Assembly (NCBI GenBank): GCA_951406725.2
Contig: OX597830.1
Location: forward strand, 56,358,001-56,422,000
DNA from: Octopus vulgaris
Lineage: Eukaryota
DNA: 64,000 nucleotides
Direction of reading: 5' to 3'
The position numbers were made by a program, and so were the translations under genes. The notes below the pieces were generated by a model. That model was not told the origin of the DNA. It did not search any database and worked only from the letters and a program-made list of their open reading frames with translations. This document shows positions 53,189 through 64,000 of the stretch, piece by piece (position 1 is the stretch's first letter; each line of letters starts with the position of its first letter).

Positions 53189-53264
53189 ATATATGTTTCT
53201 GCTGAATTTTCGTGCACACTGCAAAATTTTGCAGTGTGCATGAAAATGCAGCAAAAATATATGT
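53189..53264. repeat. Spacerless palindrome, arms about 38 bp
   Basis: Centre tgcacactgcaaaa|ttttgcagtgtgca. Confidence 0.9.
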
Positions 53265-53389
53265 AGGTGCAGAAATGAAAAGACGTGATTGACTGCAGAT
53301 TAAAACTGGATATATGAATCTCTGTTCTCCTTATTATTAATTTATTATTTCTTCTCTACCGACAACATGCAGACACTACAGAAACATGG

Positions 53390-53772
53390 AAGCACTCCGT
53401 CGGTTACGACGATGAGGGTTCCGGTTGATCCGAATCAACGGAACAGCCTGCTCGTGAAATTAACGTGTAAGTGGCTGAGCACTCCACAGACATGTGCACC
53501 CTTAACGTAGTTCTCGGGGATATTCAGCGTGACACAGAGAGTGACAAGGCCGGCCCCTTGAAATACAGGTACAACAGAAACAGGAAGTAAGAGTGAGAGA
53601 AAGTTGTGGTGAAAGAGTACAGCAGGGATCACCACCATCCCCTGCCGGAGCCTCGTGGAGCTTTTAGGTGTTTTTGTTCAATAAATACTCACAACGCCCG
53701 GTCTGGGAATCGAAACCGCGATCCTATGACCGCGAGTCCGCTGCCCTAACCACTGGGCCATTGCGCCTCCAC
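53390..53772 (-). mobile_element. tRNA-derived SINE family D, full length
   Basis: A box tggcccagtgg, B box gtttcgattccc; CpGs largely intact. Confidence 0.9.
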
Positions 53773-53920
53773 TATAGAAACATATAGATTTACCAATGTG
53801 AAAATCTACTAAGGATAGTAAAATAAATTAACTGGAGTTTTTCTACACTCGCAGACGTTAGCCAGCATTAGTAACCAGTAAAAGTGAATATGATACCCAT
53901 TAGGATTGTGTATATATATA

Positions 53921-54308
53921 CAAGCAAAAAGCTCCCCTCCCCATCCAATGGACGGTGCTGAGTTATCAAACATTTAAACCAAATTTTCTCAAAACGACCG
54001 TCCGATAGTCTTCCCCTTTGAGAAACACTGATTTAAACTAAATTTGAGACACCAGCAAAAGAAGAAATAAAGATAGACTTTTTTCTATTCCAAAGAAAAA
54101 TGATTTTATTGTGCGTACAAATGCATGTTCCCATGGCTTTATCGATTGCATTCTCACCTGGAATTGATTTTTGTAATTTTTTCAAGACTTATACACACCC
54201 TGATACCGTTGATATCTCCATATCAAATTTGAGTGCAATCGGATGGAAGATGCCTGAGATCCTAGAAGCCACACACACAGACAGACAGAACAGATTTTAT
54301 ATAATAGA
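53921..54308 (-). mobile_element. Helitron-like non-autonomous element
   Basis: 5' TCTATTATATA + (CTGT)n, decayed 3' CTTG. Confidence 0.5.
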
Positions 54309-55819
54309 TAAATATCAAAGTAAAAAAACTCAGGAAAGAAATTCCTTCAAAGGGGTGTGTAAAACAATCCAGTTCACTGGTACGTCAGTTGAATACCACA
54401 GAAATAGGGGTGTAATACAAATTAAAAACAATAGATTCAATAGAGAGATTCAATTGACAATCTAACAATTTATTTATATCATAATCATAATATAACATAA
54501 TAGACTATGAATATAATATAAATAAGATAACATAAAAAAATTATTAAAAAAACCAAAAAAGCCAACAATTTGTTTTGACTTGTATACATTATTTGATTTA
54601 TAAACAATTCACATCCATGTATATAAGTCGCTTCAGGGCTTTGGTTCAAAAGACAAACGAAATTCTATGTGAAAGGACGGCTAGATTGCAAAAAAAAAAT
54701 TGATTCAAATACCTATGTTTAGAAGCATGAGCATTAACTTTTCAACTACATAACAAGTACAATTAAAAAAAAAAATTATAACTGACAAAATAATTAAGTA
54801 AATAGAATCTACAACTATTGAAATATATATACCTCAAGTAATACTAATCCAAATTCCTTTAGGTCAAAGACAATCTTTGGCTATTTTAATAGCATCAACA
54901 ACAATATATAAGTATATAAATGAATTAAGTATCAGGATCTTACTTAATCTAGAGATGGTAATAAAATATGTATAATAAATATTCATTCTCTAAATGTGTC
55001 TATGCTTGTTCGAAAAAAAACCTACTTAGATTTAAATAGTTGAAAACCTTAGACGTGGTAAAACTACATAACAAATATAAACACATTTCTTCTAGGCCTT
55101 CAGTGTGCAGAAAACAGAGTGAAGGAAGGGTCTCCTGACAGTCTGGTTCATGATTTTCTGATTGCTCCTCAGAGAAGATGCATCCATTCTCCTTGTATAG
55201 AAGCATAGAGTCGACTTTATAAGTTAGTTAACAATTAAGCAATCAGCAACTAGCAACTAAGGTGGATGGCTTTGTTTGTATATTTGTGAGTCTGATGTCT
55301 CATCCTTAATTAAAGAAAATATATTTTATGCACAACACAGCATGAGTCAGAAGTACTAAAATAGTTTTGTATATTAGAAAGCTACTAGATGTGATAAAAG
55401 AACTATATAAATATATTCTTACACATATACATATTGATTTATTCACTGTTTGGGTGTCTGAAGAAGGGTATGACAGTTGCCATGAATAAATCAATAATTA
55501 TAATGATGACAATGCTGCTGCTGCTGATGATTATGATGGTAATGATAATGGTGATGATGATGATAATGATGATGATAATGATGGTGATGATGATGATGAT
55601 GATGATGTTGATTTGAACAATGTGACACGATCACAATGTTTCACCTGTTGTACCCACTGACCTTCTTTTTGCAGGTGTCTCTTATATTAAGTAACATTAT
55701 CAGAATTTGCATATCGGTTATTACTCTCCTACAAAGCAAGTAGCATCACAAAGTAGAAGAATAACTAATGCAAGACCATCGTGGACATGAATAACAAAAT
55801 GAGATCAATTTATGTCTAC

Positions 55820-57180
55820 AGCCGAAGCCAGTGCCACCTCGACTGGCTTCCGTGCAGGTGGCACGTAAAATGCACCAATCCGACCGTGGCCGATGCCAGC
55901 CTCTCCTGGCACCAGTGCAGGTGGAACGTAAAAAGCACCTACTACACTCACGGAGTGGTTGGTGTTAGGAAGGGCATCCAGCTGTAGAAACATTGCCAGA
56001 TAAGACCGGAGCCTGGTGCAGCCTTCTGGCTTCCCAGATCCCCGGTTGAACCGTCCAACCCATGCTAGATGGAGAACGGACGTTAAACGATGATGATGAT
56101 GATGATGATGATGAGTTTGATAAAAGTGTTCATATTTGAAATTTCAAGAACAATACAGAATGTAAGTAGTACCTGAAGATTCTTAAAAGAGCAATAACCA
56201 AAACAATGTAATCATTAACAACTGAGATCATCATCACCATCATCACCGTTTAACGTCTGCTTTCCATGCTAGCATGGGTTGGACGGTTCAACTTGGGTCT
56301 GGGAAGCCAGGAGGCTGCACCAGGCCCAGTCTGATCTGACAGAGTTTCTACAGCTGGATGCCCTTCCTAATGCCAACCACTCCGTGAGTGTAGTGGGTGC
56401 TTTTTACGTGCCATGCAAGGTTGGCAACGGCCACGATCGGTTGGTGCTTTTTACGTGCCACCGGTACAGAGGCCAGTCGGGGTGGCACTGGCAACGGCCA
56501 CGTTCGGATGTGGAAACTAATCTGAAAAAAACTAGCAGGCAATAATGGAGATTCTTTAAAATTGTATATATATCAGAAAGACCAAATCTTTAAAGAACAG
56601 GAAATATTTTGGCCTTTATAAAGAGCTGGTGCAGGCATAGTTGTATGGTGTGAAGTTTACTTGCCAACTACATGGTTCCAGGTTCAGTTCTATTGTATGA
56701 CACTTTGTGCAAGTGTCTTCTACAATAGTCTAGGGCTGACCAAAGCTTTGTGAGTGGATCTGGACGAAAACTGAAAGAAGCCTGTCATATCATTATCATC
56801 ATCGTTGTTTAACATCCGCTTTCCATGTTGGCATGGGTTGGACGGTTTGATTGAGGACTGGCGAGCCAGAAGGCTGCACCAGGCTCCAGTCTGATCCGGC
56901 AAAGTTTCTACAGCTGGATGCCCTTCCTAATGCCAACAAATCCAAGAGTGTAGTGGGTGCTTTTTACATGCCACCGGCACAAGGGCCAGTTAGGTGGTTC
57001 TGGCAATGACCACGCTCAAAAGGTGTTTTTTACATGCTACCTGCATGGGAGCCAGTCCAGCGGCACTGGCAACGACCACGCTCAAATGTTGTTTTTCACG
57101 TGCCACCAGCACATGTGCCATTAAGGTGATGCTGGCAATGATCATGTTCAAATGGTGCTTTTTACATGCCACTGGCTTGG
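55820..57180. mobile_element. Cluster of SINE A (55820+, 56227-, 56789-) and SINE B (56630+)
   Basis: Consensus matches. Confidence 0.8.
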
Positions 57181-57419
57181 GAATTCTATGAAAGCTGAAG
57201 TATCCAGTATCTAATTCAGTGGGCCGTTTAGCTTAATGGTAAAGCACTCAGCTGGAGTCTTTGAGGGATATGGGTTCGAACCCCATAGTTGGTTGTTGAC
57301 AAATTTTTCTGCCTTGTAAAGATAATTTATCCAGTATTTCTGCTGTTCTAACAGCAACTCTACGTTTGAAAAAATATTATTTGTATCACACAAAAATAGC
57401 AATTAGATAAATACTTACT

Positions 57420-57850
57420 TAAGCTGTTCACTCCCTAAGGAGCATAGGCCATTGTCAAACTCTTTCCCCCCAGTTCTAAACTCTGGGCTGTCTTTTCTGC
57501 TTCTCTTCAGTTGAGTCCCTGCATTTTCAGATCTGTCTCAGTATCTCGAAGGTGTCCTCTCTTCTACCTCCCTTATGGTATCTGTTCAAATATTTTTCTG
57601 AAGGAAGGCCTTCTTCTTCCAAGACTTTTTGGTTTTGAAATTGTTATTAATGCTTCTATAACTTTAGCTTTCACTAGATAGGGATGTTGGCCCGATGCAA
57701 ACCCATTTTTACCTCTGGGAAGAAGTGGTCCATATTAGTCTGGCCTCTCTCCTTTGATCTGTCCTACATGGGAGGCCTTATCAGGAGCTTATGCTCTAAT
57801 GATATAGCTCTCAGGGGTCACTGAGCCACCACACTGCACCAAGGACTGGA
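57420..57850 (-). mobile_element. Internally deleted RTE LINE remnant
   Basis: 3' end ggcctatgctccttaggga; 5'-UTR-like motifs. Confidence 0.55.
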
Positions 57851-57944
57851 CGTAATGGTAGGCCAGTTAAGTATTGGGGTCAATGTAATTGGCTAATCCC
57901 CTTTGCCTAAAACTGCTGGCCTTATGTCAAAATTATTATTATTA

Positions 57945-59285
57945 AGATAGTGAGCTGGTAGAATGTTAGCATGCTTGGCACAGTGCTTACTGGCACTTTG
58001 TCCATCTTTATGTTTTGAGTTCAAATTTCACCAAGGTCGACTTTACTTTTCATCCTTTCAAGATCGATAAAATAAGTACGTTCTGAGTTCAAATTCCACT
58101 GAGGTCTACTTTGCCGTTCATCTTTTTGGGGTCGATAGATTAAGTACAAGTGAAACATTGGGGGTTGATATAATTGACTTGTCCCTTCCCTACAAATTTC
58201 AGGCCTTGTCCTTTTTGTACAAAGGATTATTATTATTATTATAAGATGCAGTGAGCTGACAGAATTGTTAGTATGCCAGGCAAAATATTTAGCGGCATTT
58301 CATCTGTCTTTATGTTCTAGGTTCAAATGCTGCCGGGGTTGATTTTGCCATTCACCCTTTCAAGGGTTGACAAAATAAGTACTAATTGAGTACTGGGGTC
58401 GAAGTAATCAATTTACTCCTTCCTTGATACTGCTGACCTCATGCCAAAATTTGAAACCATTATTATTATTATTATTATTATTACATTCCACTGAGGTCTA
58501 CTTTGCCTTTTATTCATTTGAAGTTGATAAAATAAGTACCAGCTGAGCATAGGGGGAATGCGATATAATTGACTGTCCCCACCACCACCACCACCACCAA
58601 AAAAAATATTCAGGCCTGGCCTTGTGGCAATAGTAGTGGCAAGCTGGCAGAATAGTTAGCATGCTGGGTAAAATGCTCAGCAGCATTTTGTCTATCCTTA
58701 TGTTCTGAGTTCAAATTCTGCCAAGGTTGACTTTGCCCTCCATCCTTTTGGTGTCAATAAAATAAAATACCAGTGGAGTACTGGGGTTGATGTAATTGAC
58801 TTAACCCCCCTCCTTCAAAATTTCAGAAAGGATTATTATTATTAAAGTGGTGAGCCAGCAGAATCATTAGTGTCAGAAAAATGCTCCGCAACATTTCTTC
58901 CTGCTTTACATTCTGGGTTCAATTTCCACTAAGGCCAACTTTGACTTTCATCTTTTTTGGAAGTCATTAAAATAAGTACCAGTTATGTACTGGAGTTGAT
59001 GTAATTGACTAGCTCCCTCTGCTTCAAAATTTCAGGCCTTGTGCCTATAGTAGAAAGAATTATTATTATTATTATTATGCTACAGATGAGCTAGCAGAAT
59101 CGTTAGCATGCTGGGTGTGATGCTTGGTGGTATTTTGTCTGTATTTACGTCCTGAGTTCAAATTCTGCTGAAGTTAATTTTGCCTTTCATCCTTTCAGGG
59201 TCGATAAATTAAGTACCAGTTGCATATTGGGGTTGATCTAATTGACTGGCCTTCTCCCCACAAATTTTAGGCTTTATGCTACAGA
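57945..59285 (+). mobile_element. Head-to-tail array of about 7 SINE C copies separated by (TTA)n
   Basis: Repeated gagctggcagaa...gttcaaattc...ctttcatcc...aagtacc units. Confidence 0.85.
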
Positions 59286-59334
59286 ATGAGTTTTCTATTT
59301 ACTTTGAAATGAAATAACACCTATGGATTCCTAG

Positions 59335-59680
59335 CATCATCATCATCATCATCGTTTAACGTCTGTTTTCCATGCTAGCACGGGTTGGACGGTTCCACCG
59401 GGGTCTGGGAAACCAGGGGGCTGCACCAGGCACCAGTCTGATCTGGCAGTGTTTCTACAGCTGGATGCCCTTCCTAGTGCCAACCACTCTATGAGTGTAG
59501 TGGGTGCTTTTTACGTGCCACCGGCACAGGGGCCAGGGGAGGCTGGCAACGGCCACGATCGGTTGGTGCTTTTTACGTGCCACCGGCACAGAAGCCAGTC
59601 AAGGCGGCGCTGGCATTGGCCATGTTCAATTGGTGCTTTTTACGTGCTACCGGGACAGGTATCACAACTACAATTTCCAT
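59335..59680 (-). mobile_element. SINE family A
   Basis: Consensus match. Confidence 0.85.
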
Positions 59681-59872
59681 CAGCGAGGCTGAAAAACAAA
59701 CAATATCACTTTTTTCTTTTTCTTGAGCCAGAATCTAAAAAAAGGTCACAAGTGAGTTGTATCAGTTCATTTGGTCAGCTTCCTAGTTTTTTTTTTTTTT
59801 AATGAGGGAAAGAAGAAAAATAGAAAATTTTCTTTTACTGCCTCTAAGTCTGGAGAAAGGCAATGCCCTTAA

Positions 59873-60092
59873 CCCTTTTGTTACTGTATTTATTTTCAGA
59901 TGCTCTCTGTTTCTTTCAATTACTTTAAATATAACAAAGAAATTAGTAAAATAACTTAGTTATAATTAAGCTAGTCTTAAACACATAAATTGTGATTAAG
60001 GTTTGGTGAAAGATTTTAATTCAAAACTAATGAAAACAAGACATTTGTACTCAGTGCCAGAGCCAGTTTCAGCCGGATTGGTAACGAAAGGG
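59873..60092. mobile_element. piggyBac-type MITE
   Basis: TTAA TSD, TIR ggtaacgaaaggg; same family as 44409. Confidence 0.9.
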
Positions 60093-60814
60093 TTAATCTC
60101 CTTTTAGGGTCTCTGAGGATTGATGAGAAGGAGGGAGAGATGAATGTTCAAACTGGAAGCTTAACCTGAATGCCTGCAACAGAACAGACTCTGCCGAGGG
60201 TCACCAAGAAAGGCCGAGGTGGTGGCTGGAATTAAACTGACAAAGAAGCATCAAGGAATAAGAAAATGACAAGAGTAAGTGAAGACAAAGAAGACAACAG
60301 AAGAATGAAATTAATTGAATCAGCATTTTTAATTAAATATCTTGTTGGTGACGGTTGGGATAAATAATAACAATATTAACATCAATAACAAAAACAAAAA
60401 CTAACAAAAAAAAACCCCAAAAAACTATTTTAGTGACATATTATACAGTAACAAAAATGAAATACGATACTGACAATTCAGACAAAAAAAAAAAAAGAAA
60501 ATACATAAAAAATTACAAGAATATACAAAAAAAAAATTTTTTCCATAAATTAAAGGTAATTGCATTTATTTAGCTAAAGTTTGGAAGTTGAGAAGAAAAG
60601 ATGGAGACAAAAGACGAAGATTTAACAGAGAAAAATGATCAACAATATATTTACAATATTAGTTTTGAACAACTTCACCTCAAACGACTGGAATTTGATC
60701 ACCACCCAGCATATAGAACAAAACCAAGAAAGCATAATTGGAGATTTCATGTATATATAATGTGTGTGTGTGTGTACATATATAGATACGTATATATATA
60801 TATACATATATTTA

Positions 60815-60853
<39 letters not shown>

Positions 60854-62101
60854 TATACATAAAGAATATACACACACATACATATGTATATATATCTGTA
60901 ACCATGTATATATCTATTGCATACCTGCACATGATACATATCATGCATATACGTGTGCATGTATATATATAACCACATATATATACACATACGTATGTAC
61001 ACACATTTTCTTCTTTATAAACACATGACAAATGTCTTTCAGAGAAAAATAAGAGCACAATAATACTATAGAAGAATTTGTAAAACAGTTAAGCTGCAGA
61101 CGGAAATTAAAGCTATAAGGTTTCAATTCCCACCAAGATTAATACCAAGAATTTGTATTTTTCAATATAGCATATGTGTGTGTGTGTGTGTGTGTGTGAG
61201 GGTCGGATTTCTTTCCGGCACCTTATTATTTAAAAAAAAAAAAAATTCATTCATTGGCATTTCTTTTGCTTTCTTGTTTGTTTGTTTCTTTTTTGTTTGT
61301 TATAAATTAAAATCTATATTATGGTTTTAATTAATCTCAGAGAAGCAGTCCATGGTTAAAATTTAGATGCTCTTTGAAGTAATGAAGATAATCAAAGAAA
61401 GCAACAATTGAATTAATTAATCAAAATTTACAAACTAGATTGGAATGCAGTTGTTAGGTTCACAAAAGATAAGTCAATCCAACGGCAGAGAAGTCACGCT
61501 CATTATTAGGTAGTAAGAATTGAACCAGGATATACACATATGTAGAAAATATAAAATAAAAATACTCATAATGTAATATGCATGTATCTACATACATACA
61601 CAGACACACACACACCATCATGTATATGCTTTTATATATATATAAACATACATATGTACATGCATGTGTATATGTGTGTATATATATATATACACACACA
61701 TATACATATATGCACACACACATATACTATGTGTGTGTATCAACATATAACATCTAAGTGTATCTGTATACTACAAACACATATATGTATGCATATCTAG
61801 ACATACATGCAAATACATAATTACAGAATCACACATCTATATACATTCAGACACACTTATATATGCACATGTATATTTTGAATATATACATATATGTATG
61901 TATGTATGTATATGTTACATTTGAGTACTAATTGTGTGTGTACGAACACTGCGTATACGTCTGTATGTGTATTACTATAAACATATGTATGTATAAATAG
62001 ACATGCATGTATGTTCTTATTCACTCAATTACATATTTATATAGACACACACAAATTATATATATATATATATATATTGGTAAAACGGTAAGATAAGAGA
62101 T

Positions 62102-62172
62102 GGCCAGATAACCGAAGAGATGGTGGTGTGGATTTCCACCTCGGCATCCGAAACTCAGAGTTTTATCTTGGC
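62102..62172 (+). ncRNA. Type I hammerhead motif, core CCGAAGA, strong stem I
   Basis: agataa-CCGAAGA-gatg..ggtgg/ccacc..catcc-GAAA-ctcagag-UU-ttatct. Confidence 0.75.
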
Positions 62173-62559
62173 TACCGAATAATTGTCACATATTAATTTA
62201 CAGATATATATATATATATATATATGTATATAAAGGTGTACATTTATGAACACCATGTATATTTGTGTAGTTTAGTCATCATAGATAGTCATGAAATTAA
62301 CAACCAGAGTTCTCAGAAAACGGCAGGGCAGTTAAAGCATCACTGAAAGAATTCAAAGACTGGGTTCTTTTGTTTTTTAATAGAAACACTTTAATGGAAA
62401 TACAAAAGCTAAGTATGGATCCAGAATGGAATGCTAAGGGGAGAGAGAGAAAGAGAGAGAGAGAGAGAGATGGAAGGGGAGCAGGAAAGAGTGAGAGAAT
62501 AAGGGGAGTTAAAACTATAGCCATAACAAGAACAACAATAATAATTGTTTCTAATTCGG

Positions 62560-62995
62560 GCAGAAGGTCGGAAACTTGGGGAAAGTGTTTACTTGATTAA
62601 ATTGACTCCAGTATGTGACTGGTACTTTATTTTATCAGCCCAGTACTCAAGTATTTTACTGATCCTGGAAGAATGAAGGGTAATGACAACCCTAGTAGGA
62701 TTAAACTCGAGTCAGAAAAAATACCAGAAGGTATTTTTTTTTCAAAGCTTTAGCTATCCAGCCAAATTACCACCCTAATAACGATCCTGTCCACTACAGG
62801 CACAAGGCCTAAATTTCAGGGGAGGAGCTAGTTGATTACATCGACCCCAGTGTTCTACTGGTACTTATTTTATTGACCCGAAAAAGATGAACGGCAAAGC
62901 TGACCTCAGCAGAAATTGAACTCAGAATGTAAAGACATGAAATGCTGCAAAGCATTTTGTCCATCATGCTAACAATTCAGCCAGATCGTTGCCTG
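62560..62995 (-). mobile_element. SINE family C, two copies
   Basis: Consensus match. Confidence 0.75.
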
Positions 62996-63479
62996 ATGAT
63001 GATAATAATAATAATAATAATAACAATAATAATTATAGCAGTAACCATTTCCAAAAGGCTCCAGAACTGATCCTAAAACATTACTGGTACACAAGTACAA
63101 GGCCTCTCATTTAAGAAAGTCATACAAATTCTATAAATTGTTTTCTTTCTAGAATATTGTAGTAAATATCTTCCAAGGATTATGGAATCATATAATCAGA
63201 CACATTACAACCCTTTCACTCAAAAGACTAATATTTGAAGAAAAAAAATTTTTTATCTATAAAGAAGAATATGAGAAAGAGAAAGAAAGAATGTTGTTAT
63301 TGTCAACTATACCAAACAAAGATTCAATAGGGAATTTTGAAAACATCAAGAAAGTTAAACCCACATATATATATATATATATATATACATATACACAAAT
63401 ATATACATAATATATATATATACATATATATATATATGCATATATATATATATGCATATATAAAAATATGTATATGTAA

Positions 63480-63512
<33 letters not shown>

Positions 63513-63565
63513 AAAGTATATATATATATATATATATATATTATTATATATATGTATGTATGTGT

Positions 63566-63826
63566 GTGTGGAAGGTGTTTATAAGCCAGTTAAAAACACA
63601 AAAACTGTTACATTCACTTCAACATTTAAATTTAAGTTGCCAAAATATTTTCTTCGCTTTGAGATTACAACCTATTCACTAATAAAATTCCGTGTAGCAT
63701 GGAATTTTGTCAGTGAACAGGTCGCAATCTCAAAGCGACGAAAATACTTTGGCAAATTAAATTTAAATGTTGAAGTGAATCTAATGGTTTTTGTGTTTTT
63801 AAATGGCTTATAAACACCTTCCACGC
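63566..63826. repeat. About 128-bp-arm inverted repeat plus unique tail to about 63895 (inverted pLTR layout)
   Basis: gtggaaggtgtttataagcca... / ...tggcttataaacaccttccac, centre about 63696. Confidence 0.92.
63706..63756 (+). ncRNA. Hammerhead-like motif with G3-C8 swapped core (GUGAACA)
   Basis: tttgtca-GTGAACA-g-gtcgc/gcgac-GAAA-atac-UU-tggcaaa; mirror copy at 63636-63686. Confidence 0.6.
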
Positions 63827-63947
63827 TGCAATTGTTTTTATTCCAGCACACAATATCAGATCAAGTCATTTGCTATGCAAGTACATCTCCATAATATACA
63901 TATATAAATATATATATACATATATGTTTTTATACATATATATATTG

Positions 63948-64000
<53 letters not shown>

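Noticed and set aside
53690-53772. tRNA-like sequence
   Set aside because: It is the head of SINE family D, continuous with the SINE body, not a tRNA gene.
54575-54640. Minus-strand CTGAAGC with hairpin gacttata/tataaatc
   Set aside because: GAAA and the cleavage triplet are not recognisable.

Overview
AT-rich, microsatellite-dense eukaryotic DNA, most likely from an octopus (Cephalopoda), judged from its SINE families. No complete protein-coding gene is present, and most ORF-track entries are microsatellite or SINE translations. The window holds several SINE families, decayed RTE/CR1/Tx1 LINE fragments, Tigger, Tc1-like and mariner remnants, Helitron and piggyBac non-autonomous elements, and tandem arrays with 39, 63 and 106 bp units. 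A CpG-rich unique block at about 11.2-15.2 kb looks like a multi-promoter 5' end of a minus-strand gene that leaves the window to the left. The main observation is about 17 minimal type I hammerhead-ribozyme motifs (CUGANGA...GAAA...UH with a palindromic stem III). They lie in short Penelope-like pLTR fragments, mostly next to (TA)n tracts and sometimes back-to-back. They include recurring non-canonical cores: U4C, A6U, an extra base after A9, and a compensatory G3-C8 swap. All folds and coordinates were derived by eye; no activity has been tested.
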